Under the pieces are notes generated by a model. The model was not told the DNA's origin, made no database searches, and was given only the letters and a program-made list of their open reading frames with translations. Source: Armatimonadota bacterium (GTDB lineage Bacteria; Vulcanimicrobiota; JACPDS01; JBDRKI01). Taken from it: DNA of 64,000 bases. Positions 56,917 through 64,000 of this stretch are shown piece by piece. Numbering within the stretch: the first letter of the stretch is position 1; each line of letters opens with the position of its first letter. Position numbers and translations under genes: made by a program. The stretch covers positions 32,001-96,000 of the forward strand of contig JBDRKI010000036.1 in the NCBI GenBank assembly GCA_043814095.1, written 5' to 3'.

Positions 56917-57987
56917 ATGAGAGTACTGCCCAGAATAATGATAGAAGATTGGGAGATAAAGAATCTTTCTCCTTTAGCCGCTAAAGCGTCTTATTCCAAG
57001 GGACGCCTTCATCCGGACGATAAGTGTGACGTAAGGACTGATTTCCAGCGCGACCGCGACAGGATAATTTACTGCAAGTCATTCAGACGCTTAAAGCACA
57101 AAACGCAGGTTTTCATAAAGCCCGAAGGCGATCATTACAGGACGCGCCTTACCCATACACTGGAAGTTGCTCAGATATCGCGTACCATAGCAAGAGCCTT
57201 AAATCTCAATGAAGATCTTACCGAAGCCATCGCCCTGGGCCATGATATCGGCCATTCTCCTTTCGGCCATGCCGGGGAGGCGGCCCTTGACGAAGTAATT
57301 AACGAGTTTGATAAAAAAGCTCATTTTTACCATTCAGAACAGAGCTTAAGGGTGGTTGATCTTCTGGAGAAAGAACACAGGGGTTTAAATCTTACCAATG
57401 AAGTCAGGGACGGCATCCTGAAACATTCCAAGGGAAGGTTCGGGACATTATTTCATCAGGGAAATGAAGAGAATGTAAAGCATATGACTTTAGAGAGTGA
57501 GATAGTCCGTATATCGGACAGGGTGGCATATATAAATCATGATATTGATGATGCCATAAGAGCGGGGATAATAAAAGAGGAGCATCTGCCGAAAGAATGC
57601 TGTTCTCTTTTAGGAAAATCAATATCACAGCGCATAAATTCCATGGTAAAGGATATTATAAGGAACAGTTTTGACAAGAACCATATTATAATGGGGGAGG
57701 ATGTGGCTCAAGCCACGGAAAAATTAAAGGAATTTATGTTTGAAAAAGTATATATGAACTCTCTGGCTAAAACCGATGAAGATAAAGCAAGAGAAGTGGT
57801 TAAAATGCTTTTCTATTACTATATGGATAATACGGACAAGCTCCCGAAAGAAGCCGTTCATCCTTCGCTTAATTTAAACAATAAAAAAGACGCGGCCCGC
57901 GCGGTCTGCGACTTTATATCAGGCATGTCAGACAGGTATGCGATTAACATGTTTGAAAATATAATTATGCCCAAGGGCTGGGTATAA
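56917..57987 (+). CDS. dgt: Deoxyguanosinetriphosphate triphosphohydrolase (HD superfamily)
   Basis: FQRDRDRI, FRRLKHKTQVF, RTRLTHTLEV, HDIGHSPFGHAGE and DFISGMSDRYA motifs. Confidence 0.95.
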   Translation: MRVLPRIMIEDWEIKNLSPLAAKASYSKGRLHPDDKCDVRTDFQRDRDRIIYCKSFRRLKHKTQVFIKPEGDHYRTRLTHTLEVAQISRTIARALNLNEDLTEAIALGHDIGHSPFGHAGEAALDEVINEFDKKAHFYHSEQSLRVVDLLEKEHRGLNLTNEVRDGILKHSKGRFGTLFHQGNEENVKHMTLESEIVRISDRVAYINHDIDDAIRAGIIKEEHLPKECCSLLGKSISQRINSMVKDIIRNSFDKNHIIMGEDVAQATEKLKEFMFEKVYMNSLAKTDEDKAREVVKMLFYYYMDNTDKLPKEAVHPSLNLNNKKDAARAVCDFISGMSDRYAINMFENIIMPKGWV

Positions 57988-58010
57988 ATAATTAAAATTG
58001 AGGTGTGGTT

Positions 58011-59282
58011 ATGCTGGATTTGAAATTTATACGCGATAACGCGGACAGTATTAAAGAGAAAATAAAATCTTTGTATATTGAAGCTCCGATAGATGCCATT
58101 ATAGAACTGGATGATACGCGCCGTACTTTAATAAAGGAAGGCGAAGAACTTAAAAACATAAGGAACATTAAATCAAAAGAGATAGCTTCTGAAAAAGACA
58201 ATGATAAAAAACAAGAAGCCATAGCCGCCATGAAGGAAGTAAGCGATAAGATTAAGATGCTGGATGATGACTTAAGGCAGGTTGAGGAAGATCTTAATAA
58301 GCTTCTTCTTGAAGTACCGAACATGCCCGATGATGATGTTCCTTTAGGCAAAGATGATTCGGAAAATGTTATTGTAAAAACATGCGGTGATATAAAAGAG
58401 AAGCCTTTTAAAGTTAAGCCTCACTGGGAATTAGGCGAAAGCTTAGACATAATTGATTTTGAAAGAGGGGTAAAGATATCAGGTACCAGGTTCTATATAT
58501 TAAAAGGACTGGGCGCAAGACTCCAGCGCGCTTTAATTACCTGGATGATTGATCTTCACCTGCAGAAACACGGTTATACCGAAGTATACCCGCCGGCAAT
58601 GGTAAAGCGCCACTGCATGACAGGCACCGGCCAGCTTCCCAAATTCGGCGAGAATCTCTATGTAGATGAAGATACCGATACCTGGTTTGCGCCTACGGCT
58701 GAAGTACCGGTTACGAATATGTATATGGATGAAATCTTAGATGCCAAAGACTTACCCATAAAACATGCCGCATATACACCCTGCTTCAGGAAAGAAAAGA
58801 TGAGCGCAGGTAAAGATACACGCGGTATAAAAAGAGGCCACCAGTTTGATAAGGTAGAGATGGTAAAATTTGTTCTCCCTGAAGCAAGCAACGATGAGCT
58901 TAATTCTCTTATCTCAAATGCGGAAGATGTATTAAAAGAATTAAAGCTTCCTTACAGGATAGTACAGATGTGCACGGGAGACCTTTCCTTTACCGCGTGC
59001 AAAAAGTTTGACTTAGAAGCTTATGCCTATGGCTGTGCGGAGTGGCTTGAAGTGAGTTCATGCTCCAATTTCCGCGATTTCCAGGCAAGAAGGGCTAATA
59101 TTAAATTCAGACGCGATAATAAGAGTAAACCGGAATTAGTGCATACCTTAAACGGATCAGGGCTTGCTCTGCCTAGAATAATGATATCCATAATAGAGAA
59201 TTACCAGAACCAAGACGGCTCAATATCTATACCTAAGGTATTAATACCCTATATGGGCGGGATAGAAAAAATAACGAAATAA
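58011..59282 (+). CDS. serS: Serine--tRNA ligase
   Basis: MLDLKFIR, N-terminal coiled coil, PTAEVP, FRKE..R.HQFDKVE, EVSSCSN.RDFQARR and HTLNGSGLA. Confidence 0.97.
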   Translation: MLDLKFIRDNADSIKEKIKSLYIEAPIDAIIELDDTRRTLIKEGEELKNIRNIKSKEIASEKDNDKKQEAIAAMKEVSDKIKMLDDDLRQVEEDLNKLLLEVPNMPDDDVPLGKDDSENVIVKTCGDIKEKPFKVKPHWELGESLDIIDFERGVKISGTRFYILKGLGARLQRALITWMIDLHLQKHGYTEVYPPAMVKRHCMTGTGQLPKFGENLYVDEDTDTWFAPTAEVPVTNMYMDEILDAKDLPIKHAAYTPCFRKEKMSAGKDTRGIKRGHQFDKVEMVKFVLPEASNDELNSLISNAEDVLKELKLPYRIVQMCTGDLSFTACKKFDLEAYAYGCAEWLEVSSCSNFRDFQARRANIKFRRDNKSKPELVHTLNGSGLALPRIMISIIENYQNQDGSISIPKVLIPYMGGIEKITK

Positions 59283-59301
59283 CAGCATATTTTTCAAGAT
59301 T

Positions 59302-59336
59302 AAGAGGGATATTTTTTTTAAAAAACACCCCTCTTT
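59302..59336. terminator. Bidirectional terminator-like hairpin
   Basis: AAGAGGG...CCCTCTTT between convergent serS and the VIT gene. Confidence 0.55.
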
Positions 59337-59357
59337 ACTTTCTTCTTTTGTACTACC

Positions 59358-61481
59358 TTATTCTATCTCATATACCTTACCTTTGTAGCATACTATTACT
59401 TTATCTCCTGCTGATAGGTATTTTGCAAGGCTGGTATCATTTGTAAGCTGGTAGTATTTTTTGCTTAAGAATTTCACTTTTATGGTTTTTCCACCCTTGT
59501 ATTCAGAATCTACCCATACGCCTTTTTTAAGGTAGAAAGTCTTATTGCCTATCTGTTTTATATTCACAGTATAATCTTCTTCGTTTTGGGGGGCGTACTG
59601 GTTATTTGTGCTCTGCTTCATTGCCTGTATGTTTTTGCTTGTCTGGACAGCCTGTTTTCCGCTTGCGGGCGCGCTTTGAGATATCGAGCTTGACTGGCCC
59701 ATAAACAGGTCGCGAGCTTCTTCTTTTTCGTATGATGCCGGAGCATCTTCTTTAACCAGGAATGAGGTGTAAGGAGTTATTATGCCGTATTTTTTGGAAA
59801 GGCTGATGATCTCGTCAATTAATTCCTTATTCTCGCCCTTTATCCTTATATTTTCAAGCAGGTACCCGATCCTTCTCATTGCCCATAGCTGGGCTATGAA
59901 TTCACCTGATGTTTCTGATTTATTAAAGCTTGCTTCATATACGAAAGTCTTGGTTTTTCCGGATTGTGTACCGGTCAAGGTGATTAATGAGTTTCCGCTT
60001 CCTTTATACCTGCCTACTGCAACAAGCTGGCTTCCCTTGAATATATCGGGAAGGTCTTTGGGGTATATATCGCTTGTCTTTATTTTTGAGAACTTTAAGG
60101 TTATATCAGATAATACCGGTTCGCTTATTTTGCTGTAGAAACTGGATATCGCGGTTTCAAGCTCTTCACCGGGATTAACGTACGCGGGCACGCCTTTATT
60201 GTTGTTTGCGAGCTGGTCTAAGAGTATCGTATTAACATCATAACCTACACCGAAAGTGTAAAGGCGCGTATTTTTATTGTGCTTTCTTACTGTTTCTAAT
60301 ATATCTGCGGGTTTTGTATTTCCTACAGTGGGGAGCCCGTCTGTAAGGAATATGAGGTATCGGGGTTTATTGTTTTGGGAAAAAAGCTTTAAAGAAGTTG
60401 TCATAGCTTCATATATATTTGTACCGCCGTTTGCGTCAAGCTTTTCAGCGAATTTTAAAGATTTCTGTTTGTTTGCTGGGGTTGCTTTAATATTTTTATC
60501 TGAGAAAAGGTGTATGTTATCACTGAAAGATACAACATTAAAGTAATCTCCGGGGTTTAATTTTGAAAGACAGAACTTTAAAGTCTTTTTGGCATAATCT
60601 ATTTTACCTGTATCATTCATACTGCCTGAAGTATCAATTACGAAAACTATTTCCTTGGGCATTATTTTGGTTTTGTTTGTTTCTTCTTTCGGGGAGAGAA
60701 GAAGAAGGAAATAGCCGTCGGATGACGGGTCTTCCTTGTATGTTACAAGGTTAAGTCCGAAGTCTTTCTGGGATACGGAATAGTATAAGACAAAATCTTT
60801 ATCCGGGAGAGTATTATTTTTTTCGTAGCTTGCTTCTACGGTATAGTCATTTACTCTTGTGACAGATATGTTATGTGAAGGCGAATACACGTTTTTTATG
60901 GGGAGCTTGGATTTTATCTTTACACTTACAGTTACTTCTTCAAGGGGTCTTGAAGAGAATTTCTCTGTGGAAAGGGGATACACAAGCTTAACCAGCCCGT
61001 TATCCATTTTAAGCATATCGGTATATTCCAGCTTTATCCTTTTTTCGCCGTTTGCCGGTATCGGGAATATTCTTGCGGAGAAAGTATTTTTATCCACGTA
61101 TTCCAGAAGGGCGGGATCTCTCATCTGCCTTACTATATCTTCATATACTTTTCTTGCTTCATCTTTAGAAAGGAGTGTGGCATCTACCATTTTGCCGTCA
61201 ACATCCATTGCGAATTTTGATATTGCCGCATCCTCGGGAAGGGGGAATAAATACCTTCCTTCAAGCTGGTAGTTGTTGGGGTTTTTAAAGACCTGATCAA
61301 TTTTTACAATAGCCACCTGATTATTTACATCTATATTTACCCGGTGGTATTTTATGGCAAGAGGGGTAGGCTGGGGGAGGTCGCGTATGGGCGTGGGTAT
61401 GATTATCCCGTCAGCCCAGAGGATTCCTGTTAAGAGAAACAGGAGAGTTAAAAAAGCAGTAATTGTTGTTATTTTTCTCAT
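59358..61481 (-). CDS. Exported VIT + von Willebrand A domain protein (inter-alpha-trypsin inhibitor heavy-chain-like)
   Basis: Signal peptide from ATG 61481 (AAGGAAAGG RBS); YLFPLP..AAISKF, DPALLE VIT domain; MIDAS DTSGSM, GGTNI, LTDG, FGVG. Confidence 0.9.
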   Translation of the reverse strand: MRKITTITAFLTLLFLLTGILWADGIIIPTPIRDLPQPTPLAIKYHRVNIDVNNQVAIVKIDQVFKNPNNYQLEGRYLFPLPEDAAISKFAMDVDGKMVDATLLSKDEARKVYEDIVRQMRDPALLEYVDKNTFSARIFPIPANGEKRIKLEYTDMLKMDNGLVKLVYPLSTEKFSSRPLEEVTVSVKIKSKLPIKNVYSPSHNISVTRVNDYTVEASYEKNNTLPDKDFVLYYSVSQKDFGLNLVTYKEDPSSDGYFLLLLSPKEETNKTKIMPKEIVFVIDTSGSMNDTGKIDYAKKTLKFCLSKLNPGDYFNVVSFSDNIHLFSDKNIKATPANKQKSLKFAEKLDANGGTNIYEAMTTSLKLFSQNNKPRYLIFLTDGLPTVGNTKPADILETVRKHNKNTRLYTFGVGYDVNTILLDQLANNNKGVPAYVNPGEELETAISSFYSKISEPVLSDITLKFSKIKTSDIYPKDLPDIFKGSQLVAVGRYKGSGNSLITLTGTQSGKTKTFVYEASFNKSETSGEFIAQLWAMRRIGYLLENIRIKGENKELIDEIISLSKKYGIITPYTSFLVKEDAPASYEKEEARDLFMGQSSSISQSAPASGKQAVQTSKNIQAMKQSTNNQYAPQNEEDYTVNIKQIGNKTFYLKKGVWVDSEYKGGKTIKVKFLSKKYYQLTNDTSLAKYLSAGDKVIVCYKGKVYEIE

Positions 61482-61695
61482 TTTTTTATTCCTTTCCTTT
61501 CTTTTTTTCTTTTTTGTATTTTTAAGGAGAAGTGTTCTCCTTATTAATCTGTCGTTAAACATATTAGGTTATTTCATAATGTATGTTTTTCTGTTTATAA
61601 TGAAATTGCCCTTCAGCTCACGGATCTAAAGGTCCTATTGCGGTTTTCTATAATATATTATAATATAGGTGAAACTTTTTTATCGGGGTGGATAT

Positions 61696-62712
61696 ATGTT
61701 AATAGATAATCTCTGGAAAAAGGGTAAGGATTTTCTGGGAGTAAAGTATCCCATTATATCAGGCGGGATGACCTGGATAAGCGATTTTGATCTTGTAAAA
61801 GCGGTATGTGATAACGGCGCGTTCGGTGTTTTTGCAGGCGGGAATATGCCGCCTGAGCTTTTTGAAAAAGAACTGGATAAGTGCATAGAGGGGATAGATA
61901 AGCCGTTTGGTGTTAACCTTATCACTATAGCACCTAATTACAGGGCTCAGTATGAGATAGTCCAGCGTAAAAACGTGCCATTTGTTATTTTCGCGGGCAA
62001 CTTTCCCAAGCAGAATGATATTTTAAATATGAAAAAAGCCGGCAAAAAGACTCTGTCTTTCGCCTCGGGACAGGCCATAGCGGAAAGGCAGATCGCTTTC
62101 GGCATTGACGGTCTGATACTTGAAGGGAGCGAGGCCGGCGGCCATATAGGTTATGTGTCTTTAATTGTTCTTCTCCAGCAGGTTCTCTTTGCTTGCAGGG
62201 ATTTCCCGATATTTGTCGCGGGCGGTCTTGGAATGGGCAGGATCATGGCCCATCTTCTTCTTATGGGAGCGGCAGGCTGCCAGTTCGGTACATTATTTGT
62301 TATGACCGAAGAATGCACGGCCCATGAGAATTTTAAAAAAGTATTTAAAAGGGCCCGTTCAAGAGAAGCAATAGCAACGCCCCAGTATGATTCAAAACTT
62401 CCCGTTGTCGCGGTAAGGGCATTAAAGAATAAAGCAATGGAAGGTTTCGGCCTGCTGCAGCTTGAGCTTTTAAAGAAGCTTGAATCAGGTGAAATTTCTA
62501 AAGAGCAGGCCCAGTTTGAGGTTGAAAACTACTGGGTAGGGTCTTTAAGGAATGCGGTTATAGACGGTGATGTAGAAGGCGGTTCTTTAATGGCGGGGCA
62601 GAGCGTGGGCCTTATAGATGAGATAAAACCCATGAAGCAGGTTATTGAAGATCTGATAAATGACGCGGAAGATGAAATTAAAAGAGTAAAGGGTATTATT
62701 TCCTCTTTATAG
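61696..62712 (+). CDS. Nitronate monooxygenase / FabK-like FMN-dependent oxidoreductase
   Basis: YPIISGGM, PFGVNL, EGSEAGGHIG, AGG..LLMGA.G.QFGT.F and GSLMAGQSVG; ATG 61696 after GGGGTG. Confidence 0.88.
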   Translation: MLIDNLWKKGKDFLGVKYPIISGGMTWISDFDLVKAVCDNGAFGVFAGGNMPPELFEKELDKCIEGIDKPFGVNLITIAPNYRAQYEIVQRKNVPFVIFAGNFPKQNDILNMKKAGKKTLSFASGQAIAERQIAFGIDGLILEGSEAGGHIGYVSLIVLLQQVLFACRDFPIFVAGGLGMGRIMAHLLLMGAAGCQFGTLFVMTEECTAHENFKKVFKRARSREAIATPQYDSKLPVVAVRALKNKAMEGFGLLQLELLKKLESGEISKEQAQFEVENYWVGSLRNAVIDGDVEGGSLMAGQSVGLIDEIKPMKQVIEDLINDAEDEIKRVKGIISSL

Positions 62713-62715
62713 AAA

Positions 62716-62743
62716 TTGACTTTTATAATAGATTTGCTATAAT
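62716..62743 (+). promoter_or_regulatory. sigma70 promoter of tRNA-Leu
   Basis: TTGACT 62716-62721, 16 bp, extended -10 TGCTATAAT ending 62743. Confidence 0.7.
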
Positions 62744-62760
62744 CTTCTTTATAAACCAGT

Positions 62761-62845
62761 GCGGAAGTGGCGGAATTGGTATACGCGTACGTTTGAGGGG
62801 CGTATGGGATTTCCCGTGTGGGTTCAAGTCCCACCTTCCGCACCA
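62761..62845 (+). tRNA. tRNA-Leu (GAG)
   Basis: Acceptor stem GCGGAAG/CTTCCGC, anticodon loop TTGAGGG, long variable arm, GTTCAAG T-loop, CCA; 85 nt. Confidence 0.96.
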
Positions 62846-62854
62846 TAAAGAGAT

Positions 62855-62883
62855 AAAAACTTCGGTATTTGCCGGAGTTTTTT
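62855..62883. terminator. Bidirectional intrinsic terminator
   Basis: AAAAACTTCGGT-ATTT-GCCGGAGTTTTTT. Confidence 0.75.
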
Positions 62884-62887
62884 GTTT

Positions 62888-63502
62888 TTATTTCTCTATC
62901 TTATACCCTTTAAGTTCGTGTGTTAAGCTTAAAGGGGGAAGCCCAGAGGTTTCTTTAATAAGGCCTATTCCCGCGGCATACCATCTTTGAACCGTTATTT
63001 TTCTATCCATTCCGGCATCTGCCGTTATATCGATTTTAAAAGCCTTAAAAGTTCCCGCCGGCACCGTAACTTTTTCAAACGCGGCTACTTTAAAGTTAAA
63101 AGTTATATCCCCGGTATCTTTAAATTTGCCCGTCCATACCCAGCTTTTGCCTGTTTTTAAAGGGAGCTTCATTATAGTCTGCGGAGGGGTTAGTTTCACC
63201 TTGATATTGTTATTATTATATGTTTTCATAACGGCAAGAACTTCTTTATTATTTTTATCATAATAATCTTTCTGCATTATTTCTTTATCCATTATGGTTT
63301 CCATAACGGCACATTGTATATTATCAATATTTTCTTCTCCGTTTACGACAACTATCAGATCCTTATCCCCGAATTTATATATCCATTCCGAGTCTTGAGT
63401 AAGAGGAAAATAATCGGGCTGTTTAAATAAGCCGGAGAAGAAAAACAAAGCCAGAATAAAGAGTATTAACAGTAATAATGTAATAGTTTTTAATTTGTTC
63501 AT
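62888..63502 (-). CDS. Membrane-anchored or exported beta-rich protein (DUF3108/TapB-like)
   Basis: N-terminal TM/signal; DYFPL...EW.Y, EKVTVPAGTFKAFKI and WYAAGIGLIK signatures. Confidence 0.7.
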   Translation of the reverse strand: MNKLKTITLLLLILFILALFFFSGLFKQPDYFPLTQDSEWIYKFGDKDLIVVVNGEENIDNIQCAVMETIMDKEIMQKDYYDKNNKEVLAVMKTYNNNNIKVKLTPPQTIMKLPLKTGKSWVWTGKFKDTGDITFNFKVAAFEKVTVPAGTFKAFKIDITADAGMDRKITVQRWYAAGIGLIKETSGLPPLSLTHELKGYKIEK

Positions 63503-63526
63503 TTATCCTCCGTTATATAATTTATA

Positions 63527-63552
63527 ATTCTTATTAAATTATGCCTATTCCT
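63527..63552 (-). promoter_or_regulatory. SigH-like promoter (AGGA-N18-GAAT)
   Basis: Minus strand AGGA 63552-63549 and GAAT 63530-63527, 25 bp from the 63502 start. Confidence 0.5.
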
Positions 63553-63581
63553 TTTATTTTTCTTTTAAAGGAATAGGCATA
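63540..63581. repeat. Perfect 15-bp inverted repeat in a divergent intergenic region
   Basis: TATGCCTATTCCTTT (63540-63554), 12-nt spacer, AAAGGAATAGGCATA (63567-63581). Confidence 0.85.
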
Positions 63582-63722
63582 GTAATTGCGAAGAAAGCTA
63601 CAAATTTAAACAGGGGGGTTGTAAACCCTGGTACTTTTTATTTATAATAGAAAAGAATAAAAAAAAAGCATTAAGTGTAGTATTGTATAAGACTTAACTT
63701 GTTTACTATTTTGGAGGTAAAA

Positions 63723-64000
63723 ATGAGATTAGTAGAATGTGTACCTAATTTCAGCGAAGGCAGGGATATGTCCGTAATAGACGCCATTACAAATGAGATA
63801 AAATCGGTAAAAGATGTACAGCTCTTAGATGTTGATCCAGGGGCTGATACAAACAGGACTGTTGTAACTTTTGTAGGCACGCCCGAGATGGTAGGTGAAG
63901 CCGCGTTTAAGGCGGTTAAGAAGGCATCCGAGCTTATTGATATGTCAAAACATAAAGGCGCTCACGCGAGAATGGGGGCAACTGATGTATGTCCCTTTAT
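63723..64000 (+). CDS. ftcD: Glutamate formimidoyltransferase (5' part, runs off the window)
   Basis: [53 protein letters not shown]; absent from the ORF track because it has no stop in the window. Confidence 0.93.
   Translation, partial: MRLVECVPNFSEGRDMSVIDAITNEIKSVKDVQLLDVDPGADTNRTVVTFVGTPEMVGEAAFKAVKKASELIDMSKHKGAHARMGATDVCPF

Noticed and set aside
61600-61650. c-di-GMP-I or glycine riboswitch
   Set aside because: Only fragments resemble them (CACGGATCTAA; GAAGGGCAA); the GGCAAA/GCAAAG and GGAGA/CTCTCAGG cores are missing
62529-62990. ORFs 62529-62846 (-) and 62793-62990 (+)
   Set aside because: They overlap tRNA-Leu and flanking genes; typical tRNA shadow ORFs
63671-63880. 69-aa minus-strand ORF
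   Set aside because: It is antisense to the clearly recognisable ftcD 5' end starting at 63723

Overview
AT-rich chromosomal segment of a probably anaerobic bacterium using genetic code 11; the lineage cannot be assigned from this window. It holds three tRNAs: an Ile-GAT/Ala-TGC pair with no 23S rRNA after it, and Leu-GAG. There are two type II toxin-antitoxin loci: HepT/MntA, whose toxin is broken by an in-frame TGA, and an intact HicAB with a visible operator. Housekeeping and metabolic genes include cimA, an orphan fusA, glyA, serS, dgt, a murC-like gene, a partial ftcD, a divergent transketolase, a long KamA-family radical SAM enzyme and a ygeY/ygeW-like/arcC module. A 12-gene operon encodes a complex-I-shaped, 11-subunit group 4 [NiFe] hydrogenase plus its maturation protease. 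Many lipoproteins and exported enzymes are present: GH18, a cryptic lytic-transglycosylase-like protein, a tandem-caspase lipoprotein, a discoidin-GATase fusion, M49 and M48 peptidases, VIT-vWA and beta-propellers. Two cis-regulatory patterns are readable directly in the DNA. First, three arrays of four TGTTAACA-like boxes at exact 11-bp spacing lie in front of the caspase lipoprotein and two orphan-gene loci. Second, a recurring SigH-like AGG(A/G)-N17/18-(G/A)AAT motif lies 25-60 bp upstream of mostly exported-protein genes. No CRISPR array, integrase, transposase or prophage was seen. All protein calls come from motif recognition by eye, not database searches.
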